DNA of 64,000 nt from contig JBIOVX010000237.1 of the NCBI GenBank assembly GCA_044868005.1, positions 3,852 to 67,851 on the forward strand, read 5' to 3'. The position numbers and the translations under genes are program-made. The stretch's first letter is position 1. Every line of letters starts with the position of its first letter. Source of the DNA: Thermoanaerobaculia bacterium. Lineage in GTDB: Bacteria; Acidobacteriota; Thermoanaerobaculia; Multivoradales; UBA5704. This document shows, piece after piece, positions 43,104 to 51,693 of this stretch. The notes beneath the pieces were generated by a model. It searched no databases. It saw only the letters and a program-made list of their open reading frames with translations, and was not told the DNA's origin.

Positions 43104-45125
43104 ATGAGGATTCCCCTACAGATGATCGAAATGGAGACAGACCTAAGGCTGCAGGAAGAAAAGCTCACGGATCGGGTCAAACGGGCGATCCTGGGCGCCC
43201 CGCGCGACGTCGCCGACACCTCCCACCTGCACAAGATGTCGCTCATCGCCTTCTTGGCCTGGGTGGGCCTGGGCGCGGACGGCCTCTCCTCTTCGGCCTA
43301 CGGTCCGGAAGAAGCGTTCCTGGCGCTCGGCGAGCAGACCTACCTCGCCGTGGGTCTCGCCATCGCCACGGCGCTGACCGTCTTCATCATCTCCACGTCC
43401 TATACGCGCATCATCGAGCAATTCCCCACCGGCGGCGGCGGCTACGTGGTGGCCTCGCACCTGCTCGGACCGCGGATCGGCGTCGTCTCCGGCTGCGCGC
43501 TGGTGGTGGACTACGTGCTCACCATCACCGTCTCCATCGCCGGCAGCGGCAACGCCATCTTCAGCTTCCTGCCTCCGCACGCGGCGGTCTGGAAGCTGCC
43601 GGCCGAGTTCGCGGCCATCGCCCTGCTGATCACGCTCAATTTGCGCGGCGTCAAGGAGTCGGTGCAAGCGTTGCTGCCGGTCTTCCTGGTCTTTCTCGGC
43701 ACTCACGCGCTGCTCATCGGCTGGGCGGTGCTCAGCCATGCGAACGACGTTCCGGAGGTCTCGCACCGGCTGCACCAGGGCTTCTCCTCGGGGCTCACGA
43801 CGCTGGGCCTGGGAGGCATGGCGCTGCTGCTGATACGCGCCTACGCCCTCGGCGGCGGCACCTACACGGGCATCGAGGCGGTGTCGAACGGCTTGCAGAT
43901 CATGCGCGAGCCGCGGGTCGCCACCGGCAAGCGCACGATGGCCTACATGGCGCTCTCCCTGGCGCTGACGGCGGGAGGCATCCTGATCGGCTACCTGTTG
44001 CTCAACGTACAGCACGTGCCGGGCAAGACCATGAACGCCGTGCTCTCCGAGCGGGTCTTCGGGAGCTGGCAGCTCGCCGGGATGCCCGCGGGCTACTGGC
44101 TGGTGCTGACGACTCTGATCTCCGAAGGGCTGCTGCTGGTGGTGGCGGCGCAGGCGGGGTTCATCGACGGTCCGCGGGTGATGGCGAACATGGCGGTGGA
44201 TTCCTACCTGCCGCACCGCTTCGCCGCCCTCTCCGAGCAGCTCACCATGCAGAACGGCGTGGTGCTGATGGGGCTCGCGGCGCTGGCCATGCTCGCCTAT
44301 ACCCGCGGCAACATCCAGATCCTCATCTACATGTATTCCATCAACGTGTTTCTCACCTTCTCGCTGTCACAGCTCGCCATGACCCGCTTCTGGAAGCGCC
44401 ACCGCGCGGCCCCGGACCGCAAGCGGAACCTGGGCGTGCACCTCGTGGCGCTGGTGCTGTGCGCGTCCATCCTGGTGATCACGGTGATCGAGCGCTTCAC
44501 CCACGGCGGCTGGGTCACCGTCCTGCTGACGTCGCTCTTCGTGCTGGTCTGCTACGCCATCCACCGCCACTACCGCAAATCCGCCGAGGGCCTGCGGCAG
44601 CTCGACGACATCCTCGCCACGCTGCCGCAGACCGGCGAGACGAGCCCCAAGAGCCTGGATCCCAAGGCGCCCACGGCGGTCCTGCTGGTGAGCTCCTACA
44701 GCGGCTTCGGCATCCACACGCTGTTGTCGATCCTGCGCTTCTTCCCGGGCCTCTACAAGCAGTTCATTTTCGTCTCGGTGGCCGTGGTGGACTCCGGCTC
44801 GTTCAAAGGCAAGGAGGAGATCGAGGACCTGCAGCGGAGCACGGAAGCCGATCTCGCCAGGTACGTCGAGGTGGCGCGCCGCATGGGCTTCGCCGCGGAC
44901 GCCGTCTGGAGCGTGGGCATCGAAGTCGTCGCGGAGGCCGCGGCCCTCTGCCAGCAGATCGCCAAGCTCCACCCGCGCGCGACGTTCTTCACCGGCAAGC
45001 TGGTCTTCCAGCGCGAGCGGTTCTTCTACGGCCTGCTGCACAACGAGACGTCGAAGATCATCCAGCGCCGCCTGCAATGGGTGGGCGTGCCGATGGTGGT
45101 GCTGCCGATCCGGGCGAAGGTTTAA
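43104..45125 (+). CDS. APC-superfamily permease with C-terminal cytoplasmic domain
   Basis: ORF 43104..45125. Twelve-TM APC pattern (LGADGLSSSAYGPEEAF, FPTGGGGYVVAS, GIEAVSNG) followed by a ~200-aa soluble domain. Confidence 0.8.
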   Translation: MRIPLQMIEMETDLRLQEEKLTDRVKRAILGAPRDVADTSHLHKMSLIAFLAWVGLGADGLSSSAYGPEEAFLALGEQTYLAVGLAIATALTVFIISTSYTRIIEQFPTGGGGYVVASHLLGPRIGVVSGCALVVDYVLTITVSIAGSGNAIFSFLPPHAAVWKLPAEFAAIALLITLNLRGVKESVQALLPVFLVFLGTHALLIGWAVLSHANDVPEVSHRLHQGFSSGLTTLGLGGMALLLIRAYALGGGTYTGIEAVSNGLQIMREPRVATGKRTMAYMALSLALTAGGILIGYLLLNVQHVPGKTMNAVLSERVFGSWQLAGMPAGYWLVLTTLISEGLLLVVAAQAGFIDGPRVMANMAVDSYLPHRFAALSEQLTMQNGVVLMGLAALAMLAYTRGNIQILIYMYSINVFLTFSLSQLAMTRFWKRHRAAPDRKRNLGVHLVALVLCASILVITVIERFTHGGWVTVLLTSLFVLVCYAIHRHYRKSAEGLRQLDDILATLPQTGETSPKSLDPKAPTAVLLVSSYSGFGIHTLLSILRFFPGLYKQFIFVSVAVVDSGSFKGKEEIEDLQRSTEADLARYVEVARRMGFAADAVWSVGIEVVAEAAALCQQIAKLHPRATFFTGKLVFQRERFFYGLLHNETSKIIQRRLQWVGVPMVVLPIRAKV

Positions 45126-45820
45126 TCTTCCAACTCCGCCAGAAACCGATACCCCACCCAAGGCTCGGTGCCGATATACCGCGGGTTCGCCGGATCGGGC
45201 TCCAGCTTGCGGCGCAGCGAGCCGACGTGCACGCGGACGGTGTCGTTGGTGGTGGCGGGCGCTCCCTTCCAGACCGTGTCGATGATCTGGCGCAGGGTCA
45301 CCGGCCGGCCGGCCTGGCTCGCCAGCAGCTCGAGGATGGCGAGCTCGGTCGGCGTCAGGTGGATCTCCTGGCCGTCGCGGATCACGGTGCGGCGGCCGCG
45401 GTCGATGTCGAGGCCGGGAAAGCGGAGCACCTCGGGCGCCGTTCCGGCGCCGCTGCGCCGGAGCTGCGTCCGCACGCGGGCGAGCAGTTCGCGGAGGGAA
45501 AAGGGCTTGGTCACGTAGTCGTCCGCGCCGAGATCGAGGGCGCGCACCTTGTCCTCCTCCTCGCCGCGCACGGAGAGGACGAGCACCGGCGTCGCGTCCA
45601 CCCGGCGCACGGCGGCGAGGAGCGCGAAGCCGTCCGCCCGCGGCATGGCGAGATCGGTGATCACCAGGTCCGGCCGCCGCTCCTCGAAGAGGGCCTTGCC
45701 TTCGATGCCGTCCGCAGCCGAGATCGCGTCGTAGCCGGCGAGGGCCAGTTCGCGGCTCAGCGCCTGGCGGATGGACGGATCGTCGTCGACGACCAGGATC
45801 AGCGGAGTGCCTCGGCTCAC
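45122..45820 (-). CDS. OmpR-family response regulator (KdpE-like)
   Basis: In frame within ORF 45122..46810 (-). GTG 45820 overlaps the kinase stop as GTGA. Receiver (LILVVDDDPSIRQAL, DLVITDLAMP, DYVTKPF) and a winged helix (LTPTELAILELL, VGYRF). Confidence 0.9.
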   Translation of the reverse strand: MSRGTPLILVVDDDPSIRQALSRELALAGYDAISAADGIEGKALFEERRPDLVITDLAMPRADGFALLAAVRRVDATPVLVLSVRGEEEDKVRALDLGADDYVTKPFSLRELLARVRTQLRRSGAGTAPEVLRFPGLDIDRGRRTVIRDGQEIHLTPTELAILELLASQAGRPVTLRQIIDTVWKGAPATTNDTVRVHVGSLRRKLEPDPANPRYIGTEPWVGYRFLAELED

Positions 45821-46956
45821 GCGGTTACCTCTTCCCGCTCCGGCGCGGCGGGCAGCTCCAGACGCGCGATGGTGCCGCCGTCCGGATGGTCGAGCAGCGC
45901 CAGCGAGCCGCCGTTGGCTTCGGCGAAGCTGGCGGCGATGCGCAGGCCCAGGCCGCCCGAGACGCTGTCGCCCGTTCCACGCTCGGCGGGCCGCAGGTCG
46001 CGCGGACTTTCGAGCATACGGCGGATCGCGGACGGCACGCCCGGACCGCGGTCCCGCACCTCGAGGCGGACTCGCCCCGGCGCCTTGGGATCGGCGGCGG
46101 CGGCGAGCTCCAGCGGCTGATCCGCGGGCGTGAAGCGCGCCGCGTTCTCCAGCAGGTTGACGACGATCTCCAGCGCCAGCGAAGGATCCGCCCAGGCGTC
46201 GGGGCAGTGCGGCTCCACCTGCACCTTGACCGGCCGGCCGGCGAGGATCAGCGACAGTGCTTCCTGCGCGGCGCGGAACAGCGCCGACGGCGGAACTTCC
46301 TCGGGATGTGGCCGCGCGAGCCCGGCTTCCAGGCGGGCCAGGGCGAGAAGGTTGTCGATCCGCCGCGCCAGGCGGGCATGCTCCAGCGACAGCACCCGCA
46401 CGCTGGCGAGGGCCTCCGGCCGGTCTCCGAGCTGCCAGTCGAGACTTTCGATCTCCAGGCGCATGGCCGTCAGCGGCGTGCGCAGATCGTGCGAGACGGC
46501 CCGCAGCAGCGAGGTCTTGAGCGCGTCGCTCTCGCGCACGGCCGCGAGGTGCGCCGCTTCGTTGACGAGGCGCGCGCGTTCCTCGTAGAGGGCCTCCACC
46601 TCGCGCTGCCGCCGCTGCGCCTCCTCGGCCCTGCGGCGCGCGGTGGTCACCAGGCGGCTGGCGAACGTGGAGGCGACGAGGAAGGAGAACAGCGCGACCC
46701 AGTTGGCGGGCTCGGCGATCGCCAGCGTGCCGTGGGGCGGAAAAAAGTAGTAGTTGAAGCACAGCGCCGCCGCCACCGAGGCGACGGCCCCCACGGCCCA
46801 GCCTCCCCACGCAGCGAGCGCCAGGACGGCCAGCAGATAGAGAAACCCCGCCGTCGTGGCGTTCGCGCCGCTGGCCTTACCGACCAGGGTGACCAGGGTG
46901 ACGGCGAACGGCAAGGCGATCCAGGGGAGGGCGCGCTGGCGGCGGTTCGAGGCCAT
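45817..46956 (-). CDS. DUF4118-type sensor histidine kinase (KdpD C-terminal-half-like)
   Basis: Within ORF 45817..47424 (-). ATG 46956 (MASNRRQRALPWIALPFAVTLV). Four TM helices as in the KdpD membrane domain, then HisKA (LLRAVSHDLRTPL) and HATPase_c (DRGPGVP, GGLGLRIA). No KdpD N-terminal/Usp or GAF region. Confidence 0.85.
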   Translation of the reverse strand: MASNRRQRALPWIALPFAVTLVTLVGKASGANATTAGFLYLLAVLALAAWGGWAVGAVASVAAALCFNYYFFPPHGTLAIAEPANWVALFSFLVASTFASRLVTTARRRAEEAQRRQREVEALYEERARLVNEAAHLAAVRESDALKTSLLRAVSHDLRTPLTAMRLEIESLDWQLGDRPEALASVRVLSLEHARLARRIDNLLALARLEAGLARPHPEEVPPSALFRAAQEALSLILAGRPVKVQVEPHCPDAWADPSLALEIVVNLLENAARFTPADQPLELAAAADPKAPGRVRLEVRDRGPGVPSAIRRMLESPRDLRPAERGTGDSVSGGLGLRIAASFAEANGGSLALLDHPDGGTIARLELPAAPEREEVTA

Positions 46957-47007
46957 GATTCGCAGCAGTCTACTCCCGACTTTCGGTGATACCCTCTTGC
47001 CGCAGCC

Positions 47008-47520
47008 ATGCCCGTCTCGGCGACCAATTCGCAGATCGTCTACGACACCCTGAAGGCCTGCGGGATCCGGCTGCTCTCCGTGCTGCCCGAGACGTGGCTC
47101 GTCCATCTGGTGGGTCTGGCCGAGGAGGATCCCGAGATGGTCCTCGTGCGGCTCGCCAAGGAAGAGGAGGGCGTGGGTATCTCGGCCGGGGCGCATCTTT
47201 CCGGCGTCAAGTCGGCCATGCTGATGCAGAACCACGGCCTGCTGGCGAGCATCAACGGCATCGTCTCGCTCGCCCAGCTCTACCGCATTCCGCTCCTCAT
47301 GCTGGTGAGCCACCGCGGCGGCTTCGGCGAGGAGCATCCCTGGCAGACCGAGGGCGGCGGCGTCACCGAGCACGTGCTCGACGCGCTGCGCATCCCGTAT
47401 CTCATGCTGGACGCTCCGGGGCACGTGGCCGAGCGCATGCGCCAGGCCCAGGTGCTGGCCGAGGCGAGCCTGCGGCCCGTGGCGCTGCTGCTCTGCCGCA
47501 GCCTGATGTGGGAGGAGTGA
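47008..47520 (+). CDS. Thiamine-diphosphate decarboxylase alpha subunit (sulfopyruvate/phosphonopyruvate decarboxylase-like)
   Basis: ORF 47008..47520. TPP-enzyme N-terminal (pyrimidine-binding) domain pattern (LPETWLVHL, EEEGVGISAGAHLSG, MQNHGL). Its size and split organisation resemble ComD. Confidence 0.7.
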   Translation: MPVSATNSQIVYDTLKACGIRLLSVLPETWLVHLVGLAEEDPEMVLVRLAKEEEGVGISAGAHLSGVKSAMLMQNHGLLASINGIVSLAQLYRIPLLMLVSHRGGFGEEHPWQTEGGGVTEHVLDALRIPYLMLDAPGHVAERMRQAQVLAEASLRPVALLLCRSLMWEE

Positions 47521-48101
47521 TGCTTCGCGTCGACGCCATGAAGGCCATCTATCCGGAGCTCTCCTGCTGCGTGGTGGTGACCAACATGGGAGCCGCTCCG
47601 GCCGAGCTGTTCTCGCTGGGTCACCAGCCGGGCTTCTTCTACCTCTGGCACTCCATGGGCCTCGCGTCTTCGGTGGGGCTGGGCATCGCCCTCAGCCGGC
47701 CGGAGCTGCAGGTGATCGTGATCGACGGCGACGGCTCGCTGCTGATGAACCTGGGGAGCCTCACCACGCTCGCCCGCCACAAGCCCGCGAACCTCATCCA
47801 CGTCGTCTTCGACAACGAGGTCCTGCTCTCCGTGGGCCGCAGCTTCACCACCGCCACGGCCACGGGCAGCGATCTCGCCGCCATGGCCGCCGGCGCCGGC
47901 ATTTCACGTACGGGCACCTATCGCACGGAAGAGGAGCTCCGCCGCGGCTTCCTCGAAGCTCTCGCCGCGCGCGAGTTGGCGCTGCTGGTGGCCAAGGTGG
48001 AGCCCCAGGGGCCGGCGAGCTATTTCATCGACCTGCACTTCCTCGAGAGCCGCTTCCAGTTTCAACGCCACTTGCGCAGCCTCGCCGCGGCGCAAGGATA
48101 A
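47520..48101 (+). CDS. Thiamine-diphosphate decarboxylase beta subunit
   Basis: In frame within ORF 46986..48101. ATG 47520 overlaps the alpha stop (TGATG). TPP/Mg-binding motif VIDGDGSLLMNLGSLTTLA...VVFDNE. Confidence 0.7.
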   Translation: MLRVDAMKAIYPELSCCVVVTNMGAAPAELFSLGHQPGFFYLWHSMGLASSVGLGIALSRPELQVIVIDGDGSLLMNLGSLTTLARHKPANLIHVVFDNEVLLSVGRSFTTATATGSDLAAMAAGAGISRTGTYRTEEELRRGFLEALAARELALLVAKVEPQGPASYFIDLHFLESRFQFQRHLRSLAAAQG

Positions 48102-48113
48102 GGAGACCACCCG

Positions 48114-48890
48114 ATGAGCATCCTCCAGCAGCTCGTCGCCGAACTCGACGCCGGACGCGTCAAGGTCGTCGATCTCACCCAGCCGCTCGGTCCGGACACG
48201 CCGGTGATCGGCCTGCCGCCGATCTTCGCATCCTCGCCCGGCGTGACGATGGAGGTGATCTCCCGCTACGACGACAAGGGTCCGGCCTGGTACTGGAACA
48301 CCCTCCATCTCGGCGAGCACACGGGCACGCACTTCGACGCGCCCATTCACTGGATCACCGGCAAGGACCTGCCGGACAACGCCTGCGACACCATCCCGGC
48401 CCACCGCTTCATCGGTCCCGCCTGCGTGATCGACGTCACCGCCGACGTCGAAGCGAACGCGGACTTCCTCCTCACCCGCGAGCGCATCCTCGCCTGGGAG
48501 CAGAAGCACAGCCGCATCCCTCGCGGCGCGTGGGTGCTGCTGCGCACCGGCTGGAGCCGGCGCACCGATCCAAAAGAATTCCTCAACGTCGGCGCCGACG
48601 GTCCGCACAGCCCGGGGTTTCACAAGGATGCAACGATTTTTCTCGCCGAGGAGCGGGACATCCTCGGCGTCGGCGTCGAGACCGTAGGCACGGACGCCGG
48701 ACAAGCCGGCGGCTTCGATCCACCCTTTCCCAATCACACCCTGATGCACGGAGCCGGCAAGTTCGGCCTCGCCAGTCTGCGCAATCTCGACCAGCTCCCG
48801 GCGACGGGAGCCGTCGTCATCGCCGCGCCGCTGAAGATCGTCAACGGCAGCGGCAGTCCGCTGCGGGTGTTGGCGCTGGTGGGGGAGTAA
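48114..48890 (+). CDS. Cyclase-family protein (kynurenine formamidase-like)
   Basis: ORF 48114..48890. The HLGEHTGTHFDAPIHW metal-binding motif is typical of the putative cyclase/arylformamidase family. Confidence 0.85.
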   Translation: MSILQQLVAELDAGRVKVVDLTQPLGPDTPVIGLPPIFASSPGVTMEVISRYDDKGPAWYWNTLHLGEHTGTHFDAPIHWITGKDLPDNACDTIPAHRFIGPACVIDVTADVEANADFLLTRERILAWEQKHSRIPRGAWVLLRTGWSRRTDPKEFLNVGADGPHSPGFHKDATIFLAEERDILGVGVETVGTDAGQAGGFDPPFPNHTLMHGAGKFGLASLRNLDQLPATGAVVIAAPLKIVNGSGSPLRVLALVGE

Positions 48891-48952
48891 ATCCGGCCGG
48901 CGACGCTTGCTAAAGAAGTGACCTCCGCGATCGGTGATACCCTGTCGTAGCC

Positions 48953-49363
48953 ATGGAAAGCGTCACGGACCGCCAACTCTCCAGCCTCGATATAGCGCGC
49001 AAGCTTCACGTAGTCGCGGCGGGTGATCCCCGTATCCTGGCGCTATATTTGTTCGGCTCGCGGAGCCGTGGCGACGAAACAGACTATTCCGATGTCGATG
49101 TTGGCATTCTCTTTCGGCAAGCGCAGACTCTGCAGGATGTCCTGGTCCTTGAGGACGAACTCGAACGGCGGCTCGGAGTAGCTGTCGATCTGGTAGATGC
49201 AGGGCGGGCAAACGCGTTTTTGGCTCTCGACATCATCCGCGGCGAACGCGTCTTTTGCTCCGATGAAGATCGTTGCGATGAATTCGAGCTTTACGTGATG
49301 CGCCGTGCGGGTGATCTCGCGCCGTTCGAGAGGGAACGCCGGCGGCTCTTGCTTCAGCCATGA
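48953..49363 (+). CDS. mntA: Nucleotidyltransferase antitoxin (MntA-like)
   Basis: ORF 48953..49363. LYLFGSRSRGDETDYSDVDVGILF is the minimal nucleotidyltransferase GSxxRGxxxxxSDxD motif. Confidence 0.85.
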   Translation: MESVTDRQLSSLDIARKLHVVAAGDPRILALYLFGSRSRGDETDYSDVDVGILFRQAQTLQDVLVLEDELERRLGVAVDLVDAGRANAFLALDIIRGERVFCSDEDRCDEFELYVMRRAGDLAPFERERRRLLLQP

Positions 49364-49818
49364 CGCCCAGCAAGATTCGACTCAAAACGGTGACGGCCAA
49401 GGCGGAAGCCATCCGTTCGATGATGGCCGGGATCGAGACACTCCCGCTGACCTCTGAGGCCGCATTCTCGGCGGATGCGCGCATGGTTGCGGCCGGCGAA
49501 TCGTTCCTGCGGCGATCTCTGGAAGCTCTACTTGACCTGGGACGCCATGTGCTCGCGAAAGGCTTCGGTAAGGTGATCCCGGACTACGCCGCAGTGGCAG
49601 ACGAGCTGGGGACACAGGGGCTTCTCTCGCCGGAGAGCGTGGCCAAACTACGGCTGATGGCACGCTACCGCAACCGGATGGTGCACTTCTACGACGAGGT
49701 CACCGCGCCGGAGCTCTATTCGATCCTGACCGAGAAGCGCAGAGACCTGGAAGAGATCCTCACCGCCCTCCAAAGCTGGCTGGCTGCTCATCCCGAGCTA
49801 TGCGACGAGGAGCTGTGA
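49360..49818 (+). CDS. hepT: HEPN (DUF86) toxin (HepT-like)
   Basis: ORF 49360..49818, with a 4-nt overlap onto mntA. RYRNRMVHFYDEV contains the HEPN RxxxxH motif. Confidence 0.85.
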   Translation: MTPSKIRLKTVTAKAEAIRSMMAGIETLPLTSEAAFSADARMVAAGESFLRRSLEALLDLGRHVLAKGFGKVIPDYAAVADELGTQGLLSPESVAKLRLMARYRNRMVHFYDEVTAPELYSILTEKRRDLEEILTALQSWLAAHPELCDEEL

Positions 49819-49836
49819 GGAGCTACAGCACATAAA

Positions 49837-49899
49837 GCACGGCGCCGGCAAGTTCGGCCTCGCCGGCCTGCGCAATCTCGATCAGCTCCCGCCGACGGG
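49837..49899 (+). pseudogene. 63-nt relic of a cyclase-family gene 3' region
   Basis: 49837..49899 aligns without gaps to 48746..48808 inside the intact cyclase gene, with about 57 of 63 identical by eye. It reads HGAGKFGLAGLRNLDQLPPTG versus HGAGKFGLASLRNLDQLPATG. Confidence 0.75.
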
Positions 49900-49963
49900 G
49901 TGCGAGGAGAACCTGGCGGACTGGCTCGGCTATGGGCGCGTTTGAGTCCGGCAGGCCACGCGC

Positions 49964-50272
49964 TCACCAGCAAGGCTGACAGAAGCAAAAGTAACCGCAG
50001 GGATTCTGCGGATCACATTGGTAGGAATAGATACAGTAATCGCCGCCACAGCCGAAGGCGCACTCGAGGTAGCCGTCCCAGCAGGTGTCGCAACTCTTCT
50101 GCTGGGCGCCGAACAGCGGATCGAGTGGGAGACGCGGAGACATGGCCGGTGGCTCCGGCGCGGCCGGTCCGGTATCCAACGAGGGGGCGGCGGCCGGCGC
50201 CTGTGCCGCGAGCGTCCCCGGCAGAGCCAGGACACAGACCAATCCGACAAGAAGCACGATCTTCGTCTTCAT
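49964..50272 (-). CDS. Secreted cysteine-rich mini-protein (10 Cys in the last 43 aa)
   Basis: ORF 49964..50272 (-) with AAGGAGG 5 nt upstream. Signal peptide MKTKIVLLVGLVCVLALPGTLAA, a Pro/Ala-rich linker, then SCDTCWDGYLECAFGCGGDYCIYSYQCDPQNPCGYFCFCQPCW. Confidence 0.7.
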   Translation of the reverse strand: MKTKIVLLVGLVCVLALPGTLAAQAPAAAPSLDTGPAAPEPPAMSPRLPLDPLFGAQQKSCDTCWDGYLECAFGCGGDYCIYSYQCDPQNPCGYFCFCQPCW

Positions 50273-50359
50273 GGGATCCTCCTTAGAGGGTGACGATCCT
50301 GCGGGCGATGGCCCTCTATTTAAGAAGGTGCGCCGGATGCGGTTCGTGGCGCCCTGGCG

Positions 50360-51115
50360 TCATGCAGGACCGGCGCCTTCCGCCCGCTCGCGGATGGCGC
50401 GCAGCCACATGCGCCGGATCAGCGCGCTGCCGGGATAAATCACGCGCCAGTAGCGGGCGAAGATCCGTCGCGACTTAGCATCCGTCGCGTAGACCCGCGT
50501 CTCTGTGGTGACGCGGCAGGCGTTCGGACCGGCGTCTTCCAGGCGGAAATTCATCGCCGCCAGCGCGAAGCCGGGCTCATGCAGGCGCTTGAATCCTTCC
50601 GGCGTGGGGCGGTGCCGCGGACGCCATCCGCGCGGCGCGACCACCGCCGTGCCGATGACGATCTCGCGTCCGGGATCTTCCGCCAAGAGGAGGAAACCGG
50701 TGCGCGTCGCCACTTCCAGCAACGGCAGACGCTCGGGCGCGTTCAGGATGCCCTCCGGACCGGGACGGCCGAAGCGCCGGATCGCGGTCAGCGTCCGAAA
50801 CAGAAGGATTTCACCGGCGGTGACATTCTTGAGCGCATGGTAGGACTGATCGCAAGGCGCCGCCATGCGGGCCGCGTGGAATTCGTCGAACTGATAGACC
50901 GGCACGAACTCGTCGAGCCGCGTCCGGGGGGTGGCGATCCGCTTCTCCGGCGCCGGCAGAGCCATACCGGCGACGGTCACCAGGACGCCGATGACGAGGA
51001 TCAAAGCGCCGCGAGCCCGGCTGCGGATCTTGAGAAATCTCAACGGCCAGAGGATCGATACGAAGCCCAGGAAGGCGAGGGCGAGGCCGGCATCGACGAG
51101 AAGGACGGGAATCAT
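50360..51115 (-). CDS. Hypothetical membrane-anchored protein
   Basis: Within ORF 50360..51337 (-). ATG 51115 (MIPVLLVDAGLALAFLGFVSILW) overlaps the upstream gene's stop as ATGA. Two N-terminal TM helices and a ~190-aa soluble domain. Family not recognised. Confidence 0.6.
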   Translation of the reverse strand: MIPVLLVDAGLALAFLGFVSILWPLRFLKIRSRARGALILVIGVLVTVAGMALPAPEKRIATPRTRLDEFVPVYQFDEFHAARMAAPCDQSYHALKNVTAGEILLFRTLTAIRRFGRPGPEGILNAPERLPLLEVATRTGFLLLAEDPGREIVIGTAVVAPRGWRPRHRPTPEGFKRLHEPGFALAAMNFRLEDAGPNACRVTTETRVYATDAKSRRIFARYWRVIYPGSALIRRMWLRAIRERAEGAGPA

Positions 51116-51693
51116 GAATGGATCTTCTCGTGCCGCTCCAGCATGGCGACGAACTGCTGGATGCGCCTGGCGCGCGTCTCGGGCTTCTTGGCGTTGTGAA
51201 TGCGGAAGACGATCGCGTAGCGGTTGACGCTGTTCAGCGTGGCGAAGAAGGCCTTGGCTTTGGGGTTGCGGTCGAGCGCCGCCTGCAGGTCGTCCGGCAC
51301 CGAGGCGCGGCTCTGCGACTCGTAGGCCTTCTCCCATTGTCCGTTCTCTTTGGCGCGTTCGATCGCCGCGAGGCCGGACGGTTTCATCTCGCCGCTCGCG
51401 ATGAGCGCTTCCGCCTTCTCGCGGTTGATCTTCGACCAGATGCTCCGCGGGCCGCGCGGCGTGAACTTCTGCAGCCAGAAGGACTCGTCATGCGCCTGCT
51501 TCTGCCCGTCGATCCAGCCGTAGCAGAGCGCGGCTTCGAGGGCCTCGGGGTAGGTTACGGATTGGACATGGGAGTCCTTCTTTGCCAGCTTGAGCCAGAC
51601 GCCCGGCGACTTCGCGTGGTTCTTGGCGAGCCAGGCGGACCAGGCCTTTTTGTCTTTGAACGGCAGCACCGGCAGGTCGGTATTCTGCGCCAT
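51112..51693 (-). CDS. YdeI/OmpD-associated family protein
   Basis: Within ORF 51112..51792 (-). ATG 51693 (MAQNTDLPVLPFKDKKAWSAWLAKNHAKSPGVWLKLAKK). CYGWIDGQKQ and the C-terminal FFATLNSVNRYAIVFRIHNAKKPETRARRI are typical of this family. Confidence 0.8.
   Translation of the reverse strand: MAQNTDLPVLPFKDKKAWSAWLAKNHAKSPGVWLKLAKKDSHVQSVTYPEALEAALCYGWIDGQKQAHDESFWLQKFTPRGPRSIWSKINREKAEALIASGEMKPSGLAAIERAKENGQWEKAYESQSRASVPDDLQAALDRNPKAKAFFATLNSVNRYAIVFRIHNAKKPETRARRIQQFVAMLERHEKIHS

Noticed and set aside
43082-46120. 1012-aa plus-strand ORF spanning the APC permease, the response regulator and part of the kinase
   Set aside because: It is out of frame with the permease and antisense to the two-component genes. 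It has low-complexity Arg/Gly/Ala/Pro composition and no motifs.
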